Source: Macrostomum hystrix (taxonomy: Eukaryota > Animalia > Platyhelminthes). Taken from it: a stretch of 64,000 bases of DNA. The notes beneath the pieces were generated by a model that worked only from the letters and a program-made list of their open reading frames with translations, was not told where the DNA came from and made no database searches. Each line of letters starts with the position of its first letter. Position 1 is the stretch's first letter. Below, one piece after another: positions 49,143 to 62,819 of this stretch. Made by a program: the position numbers and the translations under genes. Location of the stretch: contig CATNEN010000039.1 of NCBI GenBank assembly GCA_950097015.1, positions 19,406,001-19,470,000 on the forward strand, read 5' to 3'.

Positions 49143-51624
49143 TAATATTTTATAGCTAAGACCAACAAACAAATATTAGATTACCCTGGACAGAAACTAA
49201 AACCTATACCCCCAAAAAAATCCTGGCGGCAACACCCCAGAACCAGAACTCCTTGTATTAGCACAAAATATAACAATCTATAGTCTTAGTGGCATGAAAG
49301 TATCACTATCTGATATCACAATGTGACATTTTTTAAAAGTCAAGCACAATATATTTGAGCAGCAAGTTGACCTTTTTTCACACAGAATAAAAAGTATGTA
49401 CAAATCCATTTAAATTATTCAAAGAACTAAAAAATCTGCTCATCTTCTATCTAAACAATGGCATGTAATGTTTAATTTCTGCTCATTTCAGTTAAGGTCA
49501 AGTTCTTGCTACTCTAGTACTGTAAGTATATTAATATAGCTAGATGTTTTTATAAGCTTTTCTATCATTATTAAATGAACAACATAGTCTAGGTATATAC
49601 TAATATATTGATGATAGTGATAGCTAACAATTATTACGCCTGGCTAACTTCATTGTCAATTTCGTAGGTAGGCCTAAAAAGTAGCCTTTATATCAAATTA
49701 TAAAAAACATCAAAATTAGGGCATGTTTTCTTTTACAGAACTAGATGATCTTTTAGGTGGTAGTGGTAGCTCGAATCGAATCGTGTAGAGTAGAGCCTAC
49801 GTACACAACGCAGTACTAGAAGACTATTTTTCTAGTGGTCCTTGCACGACAACGGAATCGGTGAGGTTTAAAATTTTGGCACAATTTGATCTACAACACA
49901 TTACCAATTAAAACAAGCAATCGTTGTTTAATGACAATCTTTTAAAAAGGCGAAATGACAATCAAACTAAGTGAAGAATTAAAATCTGAGTGGCAAAATA
50001 AATTCTGACATATTTTTTACGTCTGATGGTTCAGTTCCGGCTCTGCACTGCTTCACGGACTGAAGCCATCTCCAAGTCTCCCCGAATCTGACTCACAATT
50101 GAATTCTTTACCGGCGGTCAAATACCAACGAAATAGTCTAAAATTGTATGTAGATGGTGAATACCAGCTAGCAACTAAAGTATCCAGATAGGCAGTAATA
50201 AACTAGACTGTGTGTACTGCTACTGAAACCTAATGGACACGCATTTTTCAGTTGACATCGAAACTATAACAACGCGAAAAATTGTTAATTTTTTACTATT
50301 TGATCCAACTAATACCCCTTACGTCTAAATAAAGATCTTAAATTGAAGGATGTTTAAATTGGGAGCTAAGGGATCGACTGTATCTCGTAATGGCTTTTTA
50401 ATTGGTATGACTGTTATCATATGATATGCCCATTTTTTGCACTATATATAACATATATAAAACATAATTTCCAATACTGTCTATAAGGTTTGTATTAGAC
50501 ATGGTTTATATTGTATAACATTTACGGAAAAAATGTTACACTTTTGGTTACCATATATCATTTCGCGTTTCTTAATTAATAATGGTCTTGCATATTCTGG
50601 AGTTCCCAACGTTCGCTCGTACTATAATGCATAACTTTATATATTATCGTGCTTTAAAAAATGACCAGAGTACTTTATACTTAATGAGAGATGCACCACA
50701 GTAAATCTAAACGAAATCTATGTCAGGCTTTGTCTATAGCTAGACAACTAGACTACATTTTTAGGATAGCTGACAGCTTAAGTCTTGCATTCAAATTTTG
50801 ACAGGACCTCAAATGTTTCGTGACAAACAGCATACAGTGAATAGTCCTATACTAGCCTAGAGTGCATCTAGAATTGAAGAAGTTATGACTGTATGGGTAC
50901 TACATAGAGTTTTCGATCTCTACGTGTCTAGATCTAGATGCAGCTAAGGTACAGACAAATGTTAAATACAAGTTTTGAATCATGGCTGCACTGAATGGTA
51001 CTTATTAAGCTCTTGAGATGGAACGCAAAAGGAAAGCTATAGCTTTGCATGATTAGTTCAAGCCGCATTAATCGGTTCAGAATGTCTGAATATGAGTTCT
51101 GTCGGAGAGTTTGAATGGCTATATTCAGTACGGTAATATTTAAATGAAAAAAAGCAGATAAAATAGCAGATTAAGATTTCAGTCCAGACAGGGCGGCAGC
51201 AAAAAAGCAGCCATTCTTTAAGCGCCACGTACTTCAAATCCAGCCCTGTCATTACAGACAGTGGCGACTGGCGGGCTCCGCGGCTGCCCATCTATGGGCT
51301 TCATCAACTCACCTCAGCCCTCGAGACTCACAGAGACGCGCCCAAAATGAATAGAGCTCCCACAGTCCTTCAAAAAGCAAAGAAAACAACAACAGCTCGG
51401 GCTAGACCAAACCCACAATGAGAGTGAAACTACAATAGCGAATATTGTCTTCTCAGGCCAGCTCATACTCAGCAGCCCGAAGCCAACCCCAAACCGCGCC
51501 CGAAGAAGATCGATAAAAAGCTGACCCCAGCGGCTACCAGCGGCTTCTTCGCTTTTCAAGCTTCGCATCTTTATCTAGGTTGATCTAGGTTCGCAGTAGA
51601 TAGTATTCTATACAGAGAGCAGGC

Positions 51625-54600
51625 ATGTCTTCCGCGGAGGCGATAAAGACCACCAAGACGGTGAAGACCATCACCACCACGAGCGGCGGCCAGACCGGCG
51701 GCGGTGCCATCACTTCCCGCTCCGAGAGCAGCAGCAGCGGCTTTTCCAAGCGCGGCCCGATCACCGCCTTAAAGACGGTCGTGATCAACCGCTCTCTGCC
51801 GGGCAGCTCGTCCTCGGCTGTGACCCGCGACAGCGTCGATTCCGTAGTGCGTGTTCAGCGCAGCTATGGCCAGATGTCCAGCGAGCTGCAACAAACCACT
51901 ACCGGTCTGAACAACATGCTCACCGGCCGGGAGAAAGAGAAGAAGGACATGCGCGAGCTCAACGAGCGATTCGCCAGCTACATCGAGAAGGTGAGATACA
52001 ACCGCTTTACAATGTTGCCTTCAGTACATGGTTGCTTTTGCTGTTTCTGTCATCGAACTTTTCTCTCTTATTCTCTCTGGACTTGAATCCTGCCCATAAT
52101 AGGTTCGCTTTTTGGAGGCCCAGAATCGCAAATTATCCGAGGAGCTGCAGAAGCTGCGCGACTCCTGGGGCAAGGAGACCGAGAAGGTGAAGTCCCTGTA
52201 CGAGACTGAGCTGGCCCAGTTGCGCAAACTGCTGGAAGAGTCCGACAAGTACAAGGCTGGCATGGAGGTTCGCGTCACAACTCTGGAGGACCAGGTCAAC
52301 GAGCTGGAGCAGCTGTGAGTGGACTGGTTTCAGTTGTTCAGATTTGTTACTCTTCAGAGCGTATTATTAAAAGTCCTAAATGAAAAGTCGATATTCTATA
52401 ACAAAAAAACAGCCTGGAGGAGGCCAACCGGGTGCACACGAACGACCGCGAGACCATCGACAAGCTCAACCAGCAGATGGCCGACTACGACGGCGAGATT
52501 TCGTTGCTGCGCCGTCGCGTTGCTGCGTTCGACGACGAGCGGGCTCGCGAACAGAACGAGATCAAGCGGCTGCGCCAGGACGTGGCCAGGCTCAGAGGCG
52601 TGAGTTGCTCGAACGCATCGATCGATATTTTATTGTGGCGATGTACCTGCAACCTGTAGCTAGGCTGCGTATTTCTGTCCCCGGAAAAATAATATCTAGA
52701 AAAAATCGAGCGAGTTAAGTGAGGTTGAGAATGTTTATGGGGGCCGTTCTGTCTCTGCCCTGGCCCAAACTATGACCCTAAAAATGAGTGCGAGTAAGCG
52801 TGTCTCTAAGTTAAAAGAAGTTATTACTCAAGCTAGATAATAGTTTTTCTCCATCTTTAGACGGAATCACGTCTTGAAGAGAGAAAACATAGCTGCACAA
52901 TAGGAGCTGCAACTCGAAGCGTCTTTCTTGAATTCAGTAGCCCCTGGCCCAAATTAATTGTTTAATCTGAGTCTGCAACCGAAGAGAAAGAAGATTTGGG
53001 GGGTGGCGAGTCGGCTCGGGTTGTTTATGGGCTGGACAGTCGCATTGTTTTCAACGCAACAAAGCTGTCTTTCGCTGACAAGAATAGAATGGCGAAAAAC
53101 TACGAGCTAGTTGACGAGAACTGCTTAGAAAATAAGCTCTATACGTCTCATAAAAAATTAACACGCTTTGAGGCTGACCGCGCGTGTTTGTTTTGGCCAA
53201 GTCGCGCCACTTAACCGTGTCTGCCTGTCTGCACAATGATCCAAACTCAAAGCAATGGCTTGTGAGTTTGTGTCTGCACCACACGACCGAAAGCACAATG
53301 CCGAAGGCAAAAAAGAAGTAAAAATGCACACAATAGCAACTATATGGTTATTTATTTTATCCATGGCCTCGCTGGGTCGCGTAGTCAACCAAATGTATAA
53401 AACGTCTATTGTGAATAGGAAGATGGGGTTAGATTCGCTTCAATGGGCACAATAGGGCAGTGTGGGTAGACAGTGGCACACAATGGTGCATAATGATGAC
53501 TCAGCTGGTCATTTCTCAGTCTGCTCACTTTTTTGAGCACTAGTTCTCACCGCTTTTTGAAAGGGGCGGCACGTGTCACGCGATGTCGCTACTTATGTTA
53601 GATATGGACTGTTTGACATAGACTGACACCTGTTAGACAGAGACTGTCACCTGTTAGACTTTGACTATCACCTGTTAGACATAGACTGACACCTGTTAGA
53701 CATTGACTCTCACCTGTTAGACATTTTATCTCACCTGTTAGACATAGCCTGATACCTGTAAGACATAGCCTGACACCTGTTAGACATTGACTCTCACCTG
53801 TTAGGCATTGACACTCTCCTGTTAGACATTGACTCTCACCTGTTAGAAATTGACTCTCACCTGTTAGTCATAGACTGACACCTGTTAGACATTGACTCTC
53901 ACCTGTTAGACATTTTATCTCACCTGTTAGACATAGCCTGATACCTGTAAGACATAGCCTGACACCTGTTAGACATTGACTCTCACCTGTTTGGCATTGA
54001 CACTCTCCTGTTAGACATTGACTCTCAGCTGTTCGACATTGACTCTCACCTGTTAGAAATTGACTCTCACCTGTTAGTCATAGACTGACACCTGTTAGAC
54101 ATTGACTCTCACCTGTTAGACATTGACTCTCACCTGTTAGACATTGACTCTCACCTATTAGACATTGACTCTCACCTGTTAGACATTGACTCTCACCTGT
54201 TAGACATCAGAAACCATGGATCACCACTGCTCATTTATTCCTACAGGACCTGGATGCTGAAACATTGAACCACATCAACGCCGAGAATTCGGCTCAGTCA
54301 TTGCGCGAGGAGCTAGAATTCCTTCGCGCTCTACACGACTCGGTGAGTTAACTGTTGGATTCGAGCAGCTGTATAATTCCTGAGCAATCTACTCCGTGAT
54401 TTGTACACTAGACGACAATCTGAACTTGCCGATACAGGAGCTCAAAGAGCTGGCCGCCTTGGCTTACCGCGACACCACCACCGAGAACCGCGAATACTGG
54501 AAGAACGAGATGGCCCAGGCTCTGCACGACATCCAGCGCGAGTACGACTCCAAGATTGACGTTGTGCGCGGCGAATTGGAGTCGCAGTTCAGCATCAAGG

Positions 54601-57600
54601 TGCAGGAGGCTCGTACTAGCAACACCAGGGACAACATGGAGCTGGCCCACATCAAGGAGGAGAACCGACGCATCAAGTCTCAGGTTGAAAATTGCTTCCT
54701 TCGTTGATAAACTTGCAAACAACTCAATGGAGGGAGGTGGGTACAGCGGTGCAACTGGCTAAATAGAGGGAGGTAGGTGGATCGGTGCAACAGGCTGAAT
54801 GGAGGGAGGTGGGTGCAGCGGTGCAACAGGCTGAATGGAGGGAGGTGGGTGCAGCGGGCTGAATGGAGGGAGGTGGGTGCAGCGGGCTGAATGGAGGGAG
54901 GTGGGTGCAGCGGGCTGAATGGAGGGAGGTGGATGCAGCGGGCTGAATGGAGGGAGGTGGGTGCAGCGGTACAACAGACTGAATGGAGGGAGGTGGGTGC
55001 AGCGGTACAACAGACTGAATGGTGGGAGGTGGATGCAGCGGTGCAACATGCTGAATGGAGGGAGGTGGGTGCAGCGGTGCAACAGGCTCAATTGAGGGAG
55101 GTGGGTGTAGAATGAGGTCAGCAAAAGTGCAAACTGTCGCATTGTCTGCAGATCGGTGACGCTCGCAACCGCATCCCGGAGCTGGAGGCTCGCAACTCCC
55201 AGCTGGAGCGCGAGATCGAGGAGCTCCGCCGCGAACTGGAGGAGGCGTCGCGCACCAGCGAGCTGGAGAAGAGCCAGCTGCGCGCCGAGCTGTCCGGCTG
55301 CAATGCCACCCTGGCCGAGTACCTGCGTGAGCTGCAGACCCTGATGGACGCCAAGCTGAGCCTGGAGCTGGAGATCCACGCCTACAGGAAGCTGCTGGAG
55401 AGCGAGGAGGTCAGGTCAGTAATGGAACTTCGTCAAGAGGTGGCTGAAGCGGTGACCGCGGCGAAATGAGAATGAGGCAGCTGTGCAATGGATAGTTGGG
55501 CAAAGTACAGCACTGTGTTTGCATCTTCTGCTCATTTCAGGATCAGCCAAACCAGCATCCGGAGTGAAGGATCCAGGTCTACAACTGTCATTTCCCAGGA
55601 GACCCTCTCAAGCTCTGAGCAGCAGCTGCAACAGCAAGGTACGCTAATTTTGTTTGAGTTTTTTGCATCGGTTCTGTTTGCTCATATCAAAAATGGGTGC
55701 AAAAAATAGCTGCAACTGTTCCACTTGTTGCACATCTGGCCCAGCTAGGCTAGGTGAAATAATGAAATTGTAAAATTATAACTACAATACTATACAAGAG
55801 CTGATACCTGACCCGTTTTTTTTTACTATTTTAGCTTCTTCCCGTCAGCAAGGTAAGATGCCGAATGATCTAATCATTTTTGTTTTCCCTTTTTTAAGTT
55901 TTTCGTGTATCTATTTTCTAATTTTAGTGAACATCCTGAAGGGCTCGATGACTGCCAAGACATCGGCCCAGCGCACCTCGAAGGGCAGCATCACCATCCA
56001 GGAGTGCGACGGCGAGGGCAAGTTCGTCACTCTGGAGTTCACTGGCAAGAAGGTTCGATAATTGATCACAGGCTTATCCCCGCTAACCAGTTTAATAATA
56101 ACAATTAAATTAATTTCAAAGCTTTCAAACACTTCAGAAGGAGGATCTGACCGACTGGACTCTGGTGCGAAATGTGGACAATGAGAAGCTGATCGTGAGG
56201 TTCACACTGCCCAAGGGTACCATAATGGACAGTGAGCACAAGACCATCAAGGTAAATAGCATGCTTAAAATTTTTCTTCGATTATTTTGACTATCGAACA
56301 GCTATGTCGCAGCGTTTTGATTCCAAGGCCAAATATAAAATGCTTTCGAAGGAGGAGTTCCGCATGTTTCTAAAAATAGAATTTTTCAATTATATAGACC
56401 AGGGGTAGGCAAACTTATTTGCTGGCGGGCCAAAGAGAGAACCTAAAAGACGACAGCGGGCCGCATTGACTGTATAAATATGAGATAGGGAGAGATGAGA
56501 CACGGGAGAGATGAGACACGGGAGAGATGAGACACAGGAGAGATTAGACACGGGAGAGATTAGACACGAGAGAGATGAAACAGGACACTGTAGATGTCAG
56601 AAGGGGCAACGGGCCGGATTTGGGAGCTTCGAGGGCCGCATCTGGCCCGCGGGCCGGAGTTTGCCGACCCCTGATATAGACTTATAGAGTATAGACTATC
56701 GAACAGCTAGGGGGCGAGTGGGTCAGCGGCTAGCGTCGCTGCCTCGCACTCCAAAGGACGCTAGTTCGATTCTCCTTTCAAGTCACGATTAATTTCGGGA
56801 CTTGTTGGTGGGTTTGGACAGTAGCGACCGGCGGAGGTGCACCATATTTCGTGCAATCAAAGCTTGAAATAATAGCTTCGCTCCTACCTTCTGTGTGCCT
56901 GTTCTGCGTTGTGTGAGTTGTGTGCGTTGGCGCTGGGGCGTGAGACCTTGCGGGGGGTGGCTGGGGGGCGGGTGTACACCGCCGCGCGCTTTCTGGATTT
57001 CCGTCAGCGCGATTGGATAAGTGTACACTCATCACCCGCCCCCCCCTGAGGACTGATTTCTTTTCAGCCTTCCGCCCCGGCTTGGTCTGCTCTGTGCGTG
57101 TGGGGCTGGGGTGGGGGGCACTGCTGCCTATTCTGGGTGCCTCCTGCCCTCCCCGGCTGGTCTGTGCTGCTGTCTGTGGTGCCTGCTCAGGGGAGGCGGC
57201 GCGATGGGCGCTAAGCGCCTAGTTCGCCGGTCTGGGGGCGTGCAGCTCCGTCGCTTGTGCGACAAGTGCCCCGGGCCCCCCTGCAAATAGATAGAAATAG
57301 ATAGAGATCGAACAGCTATGTTGCAGCGTTTTGATTCCAAGGCCAAATATAAAATGCCTCCGAAGGAAGAGTTCCGCATGTTTCTAAAAATAGAATTTTT
57401 CAATTCACGCTTGCTTTCGCCAACATATTTCGCTTGCCCATCGCACATCGCTTACGCAGATCTGGGCCAAGGGCCAGCTGCCAGCCGACAGCAAGGATCT
57501 GGAGATGAGCGAGGCCAGCTGGGGCCTGGGCGCCGTCGTTGTCACCCTGCTCTCCAACGCTGACGGAGAGGTAAGCATGCAGTGAACCTTACAGCTCGAT

Positions 57601-57803
57601 TTTTAACTGATTCGGATTTTAGGAACTCCACATTGATTATAATTCGCATATTTTAATGCACTCATTAGCATATGAAAGCCGGGTCTGATAAAAAACTTTT
57701 TACTACTATATTGGACGAAATCAACAAAACCGACAACTCCAATTCGAATCATTCGCAGGAGAAGGCCACACACACCCAGAAGACAACCTACAGCACTGAC
57801 TAA
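51625..57803 (+). CDS. Cytoplasmic intermediate filament protein with lamin-tail domain (about 626 aa)
   Basis: Exons 51625-51990, 52103-52314, 52413-52599, 54247-54342, 54438-54683, 55152-55414, 55541-55638, 55835-55852, 55928-56052, 56138-56251, 57460-57570, 57759-57803 (1881 nt, in frame). Rod ends ELNERFASYIEKVRFLE and KLSLELEIHAYRKLLESEE; lamin-tail-type GKFVTL..DWTLVR..KIWA; no CaaX. Confidence 0.93.
53628..54206. repeat. ~21-bp minisatellite (CACCTGTTAGACATTGACTCT), IF intron 3
   Basis: Tandem array seen directly. Confidence 0.95.
54727..55108. repeat. GGAGGGAGGTGGGTGCAGCGG-type minisatellite, IF intron 5
   Basis: Tandem array seen directly. Confidence 0.9.
56400..56673. mobile_element. 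hAT-family MITE
   Basis: TIRs CAGGGGTAGGCAAAC / GTTTGCCGACCCCTG; 8-bp TSD ATATAGAC (56392-56399, 56674-56681); GCGGGCC subterminal motifs. Confidence 0.92.
56710..57306 (+). mobile_element. Full-length tRNA-derived SINE (597 bp)
   Basis: Head GGGGGCGAGTGGGTCAGCGGCTAGCG..TAGTTCGATTC; (ATAG)-type tail; 12-bp TSD ATCGAACAGCTA (56698-56709, 57307-57318). Confidence 0.9.
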
Positions 57804-58459
57804 GAAGATGTTGAAGGAAAACTGTATCCAACTAGCTGATGATATTCACTGACCGATAAACCTGCCGAGAGAAACATTTTGCGAACCAAATCGACTTTAA
57901 ATTTCTTCATAGCCTTCCTCGCCTACGCTTCATTCATTATTTAGCTAAATACTAAATACTCCTAGTTCGCTTAGTTACTAAAATATCGATTTATTAAAAC
58001 TTGTAGTAAATACTATAGACTACCCTCTTTGAAAAATTCAATTACCGACCGTAGCGGTCGACTAAAGAAGACTTGCGCAACACAAATACTTATATACTAC
58101 CGATGTCCTTATACAATTCGATAGTAGCTTACTACAAGTAGCTACTATCGAATATATTATTGTTATAGTCTCTATTATCTAAGCGCGAATTAGCTTTAAA
58201 AAAAAACTGAACTCTTTAATTGATATTAGGACTCATTAGTAATTTTCAGTCCTGTTTGGTTTTCTCTTTTTTTACTATTCGCAATGCAGAAACTTGCCAC
58301 TACTGTCAATGCGACTACTTTTGCTGTCTGAAACACAGGGACGACGAAAAGTAACTGAAAATTGGTGACAGAAGAATAAAGAGGAAACAAGCAAAAGTGA
58401 CTAGGAGACTGAGAGTGACCAAAAATGACTCAAAACAAAAAAATCCTGCCAGAGCGGAC

Positions 58460-59200
58460 AAGAGGGAAAGAGGGAAAAGGGAACAGGGAAGAAAAAGGAG
58501 GGAAGAGGGAAGAGGGAAGAGGGAAGAGGGAAGAGGGAAGAGGGAAGAGGGAAGAAGGAAGAGGGAAGAGGAAAGAGAGAAGAGGGAAGAGGGAAGAGGG
58601 AAGAGGGAAGAGGGAAGGGGAAGAGAGAAGAGGGAAGAGGGAAGAAGGAAGAGGGAAGAGGGAAGAGGGAAGAAGGAAGAGGGAAGAAGGAAGAGGGAAG
58701 AAGGAAGAGGGAAGAGAGAAGAGGGAAGAGGGAAGGGGGAAGAGGGAAGAAGGAAGAGGGAAGAGAGAAGAGGGAAGAGGGAAGAGGGAAGGGGGAAGAG
58801 AGAAGAAGGAAGAGGGAAGAAGGAAGAGGGAAGAGAGAAGAGGGAAGAAGGAAGAGGGAAGAAGGAAGAGGGAAGAGGGAAGAGAGAAGAGGGAAGAAGG
58901 AAGAGGGAAGAAGGAAGAGGGAAGAGGGAAGAGAGAAGAGGGAAGAGGGAAGAGGGAAGAGGGAAGAGGGAAGAGGGAAGGGGGAAGAGAGAAGAGGGAA
59001 GAAGGAAGAGCGAAGAGGGAAGAGGGAAGAAGGAAGAGGGAAGAAGGAAGAGGGAAGAAGGAAGAGGGAAGAGGGAAGAGAGAAGAGGGAAGAAGGAAGA
59101 GGGAAGAGGGAAGAGGAAAGAGAGAAGACGGAAGAGAGAAGAGGGAAGAGGGAAGAGTGAAGAGGAAAGATGGTAAGAGGGAAGAGGGAAGAGAAGAGGT
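58460..59200. repeat. Polypurine (GGGAAGA)n simple repeat
   Basis: Tandem array seen directly. Confidence 0.95.
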
Positions 59201-59821
59201 TAGAAGGAAAAGGCAGGAGGATAGAAGGACTGACTAGATATTTTATATAAAAGTTTTCTTAATAATCGCATTTATCACTAAATTGTCTCATAGCTTGAGT
59301 TCTGTCTATCGAGAAATTTCCGTACAATAGAAACAAAAGAAATCAAAATTAGATTGAAAATTCAACGCGAAATCACCTGGGCACTGTACTGCATTCTGTT
59401 CAGTAAAATGGCCCCTTAATACCGTATGCACTGCTCATTTGTTGAAAGTTTAGACGATTCCATTTTCATTTCTATCTCTCTATCTCTATCTTTCTCTTTT
59501 TCTTATAACCCCACTTTTGACTGTCAACATAGTGCTCAAAAAGTGAGCAGAAATAGAGAATGCTCTCTCTCTCTCTTCACCTTTCTATTCTCGTTTCTGT
59601 CTCTCCAATTCAAGCAGAATATTTTTCTTTCGCTTTCAAAGCATTTGAGCTCAAATAATAATATATAGACGGCGTTGAAAACAGTCCAGTTGAAGCTATC
59701 CAGACCTACTGGCACACTTGACAAGCCTGCAATTTTAAACTGCTGCATTACTATTTTCCAGGAAATTTCTTAAGGTAAAAACTGATTACCCTGATAACCA
59801 TTCAATCATTTTGTCTCAGAT

Positions 59822-61000
59822 TCTCATTCAGTCCCTGAGTCTCATTCAGTCCCTGAGTCTCATTCAGTCCCTGAGTCTCATTCAGTCCCTGAGTCTCATT
59901 CAGTCCCTGAGTCTCATTCAGTCCCTGAGTCTCATTCAGTCCCTGAGTCTCATTCAGTCCCTGAGTCTCATTCAGTCCCTGAGTCTCATTCAGTCCCTGA
60001 GTCTCATTCAGTCCCTGAGTCTCATCCAGTCCCTGAATCCCGAGTCCCAGTTCCTGAGTCCCTGAGTCCCGAGTCCCTGAGTCCCGAGGCCCTGAATCCC
60101 GAGTCCCAGTTCCCGAGTCCCTGAATCCCGAGTCCCTGTTCCCGAGTCCCAGTTCCCGAGTCCCTGAATCCCGAGTCCCTGAATCCCGAGTCCCTGAGTC
60201 CCGAGTCCCAGTTCCCGAGTCCTTGAATCCCGAGTCCCTGAATCCCGAGTCCCTGAATCCCGAGTCCCTGAGTCCCGAGTCCCTGAGTCCCGAGGCCCTG
60301 AATCCCGAGTCCCAGTTCCCGAGTCCCTGAATCCCGAGTCCCTGTTCCCGAGTCCCAGTTCCCGAGTCCCTGAATCCCGAGTCCCTGAATCCCGAGTCCC
60401 TGAGTCCCGAGTCCCAGTTCCCGAGTCCTTGAATCCCGAGTCCCTGAATCCCGAGTCCCTGAATCCCGAGTCCCTGAGTCCCGAGTCCCTGAGTCCCGAG
60501 GCCCTGAATCCCGAGTCCCAGTTCCCGAGTCCCTGAATCCCGAGTCCCAGTTCCCGAGTCCCTGAATCCCGAGTCCCTGAATCCCGAGTCCCAGTTCCTG
60601 AGTCCCTGAGTCCCGAGTCCCTGAGTCCCGAGGCCCTGAATCCCGAGTCCCAGTTCCCGAGTCCCTGAATCCCGAGTCCCTGTTCCCGAGTCCCAGTTCC
60701 CGAGTCCCTGAATCCCGAGTCCCTGAATCCCGAGTCCCTGAGTCCCGAGTCCCAGTTCCCGAGTCCTTGAATCCCGAGTCCCTGAATCCCGAGTCCCTGA
60801 ATCCCGAGTCCCTGAGTCCCGAGTCCCTGAGTCCCGAGGCCCTGAATCCCGAGTCCCAGTTCCCGAGTCCCTGAATCCCGAGTCCCAGTTCCCGAGTCCC
60901 TGAATCCCGAGTCCCTGAATCCCGAGTCCCTGAGTCCCGAGTCCCTGAGTCCGAGGCCCTGAATCCCGAGTCCCTGTTCCCGAGTCCCAGTTCCCGAGTC
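59822..61000. repeat. 18-bp (CTCATTCAGTCCCTGAGT) array grading into a 15-bp (CCCTGAATCCCGAGT) array with higher-order blocks
   Basis: Tandem arrays seen directly. Confidence 0.95.
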
Positions 61001-61324
61001 ATAGTCCAGGAAAAAAAGTGTTCTAGCTGTCAAACGCCAGTTTTTCTAACACATTCGACCAATCATTAGTCCTAGCAAGTGTACCTGACAGAAAACTCCT
61101 ATTTTTTATCCCCATACGCTCCATAGACGCTTCCGCATCTCCTAGAAGTGTTTGCCATCGGACCCTCTCAAGAAATTTCGCATCTTTAAACGCGTCCCTG
61201 CCAGCACAATGCACTAAGCCTATTTTTGTGGAGGTAAGAGGCCAGTGAAGCGGGATCTGGCTCCCATTGGGATTTGAAGCTGCGCTAAGGAATTTCCCGG
61301 TCACTACCTTCCAGGTTTTTATTT

Positions 61325-61362
61325 TGGACCAATAGAAAAACGACCAATAGTTTGATTGGCTA
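61325..61362. promoter_or_regulatory. CCAAT-box cluster, possible promoter
   Basis: GACCAATAG twice plus ATTGG within ~35 bp; candidate donor AAG|GTAAGC at ~62223. Confidence 0.3.
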
Positions 61363-61734
61363 ATGGGAGTCTCGCTGATGACACGGGAATCCTATCTAGG
61401 GTGGGGATGTGGAGGGAGAAAGGGAGATAGGGATAGACAGTTTGGGTAAGCCGGGACAACGCTCCCCTCCTAAGCTCTCTCTCTTCCTTCATTACCTTTT
61501 TGCAAACTGCTGACCGCAGTAAGCAATATGCAATATGTCCAGCCAGACAACTGCAGGTCTTCAGGCTTATTTCTCGTTCCTTTTAACTATTTTAGGGTGC
61601 TCAAACGAGCGAATTAGAGCAGTGTTAATCCGGCAACAATTCTTTCTTAGAACCGTTTAAGAATTGCCAAAAAGTTTTTGGCAGAGTAAAAGAATAACTT
61701 TAAAATGTCCGTCTGAGCGACATACCCCCCCACA

Positions 61735-61856
61735 ACAACTGCAGAAGCAGCAACTGCAGAAGCAGCAACAGCAGAAGCAGCAACAGCAGAAGCAGCAACA
61801 GCAGAAGCAGCAACAGCAGAAGCAGCAACAGCAGAAGCAGCAGCAGCAGAGGCAGC
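61735..61856. repeat. 15-bp CAGAAGCAGCAACAG repeat
   Basis: Tandem array seen directly. Confidence 0.85.
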
Positions 61857-62819
61857 GTCGCCACTTCACTTTCTTAATAGACATTTCGGCTGAGGTGCAG
61901 CTGTGTATTCCCAATTCTGTCCTCTCCCCCTACAGATCCCATTGCTCTCCAGGCCCTGTAGCCCACCCCACTCCGTTTATAAGGTTGAGCAGTCCAAGAC
62001 CAAGTATCTGCCAAGTGTTCTCTATTTTCTTACTCCGGACCATTCGCTATGCCACTTTGACATAAGCCGACTAAAGAAGAAAAAAAGCTCTAGTTAAAAA
62101 AAGTGAAATTTATTTCCCAACGCAAATCCGGAAGCGCGAAAAGAAGAAGACTAAAAGATACTGCAGAGCAGCTCTGGCGACTAATTTCAATGCGAAACAT
62201 AACAGCCAGCTAGGCCAGGCAAGGTAAGCCCGGTTTCTTTATAAATCGAACTGGAAAAAAATTCTGAAGTGACGAGAGATGCAAATAACTATAGATGGAG
62301 AGATTTTATAGAGGCCGGGTATATAGAAGAAAATGTACTTTTCAAACGGTGCACAGCCAGCAGCAGCATTCATTTATGCTGGACCCTGCAGCGAGGCTTC
62401 CACTGCAGATGGCTGATGGCCGGGTTCCTATTGCCCAGCCCACCTATTGCACAGGTGAAAACTGAAGGTAGACATATAGTCTGCTAGTCAGCCCATGGGG
62501 GCACAGAACAAAACTCGAAGTCTTGAAGAATTTGAATAAATTAAGCGCGCAGGCGAGGTGAGGTCAAGAATCACTCGGGTTGCTAATGTACAGTGCCGAA
62601 TAATATATTCGACTGGTGCAGATTCATTATAATCTTAGTCCATCAGTTCTGCGTAGCTGTATTGTTTGGCCTAGCAAACAGTCGTCCAATCTATTAGTTG
62701 GTTATTTGGATATTACAAGCCTTTCTGACAACTCCACTTGCCCAATCGCTTCGTCACTCAAGGCATCCCAGTCACAGCTAAATCCTGGCAGCATATCTTC
62801 GTTTTTTAAGCCATTTTTG

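Noticed and set aside
51625-57803. Nuclear lamin
   Set aside because: No CaaX box (ends TTYSTD) and no evident NLS between rod and tail; fits a protostome cytoplasmic IF.
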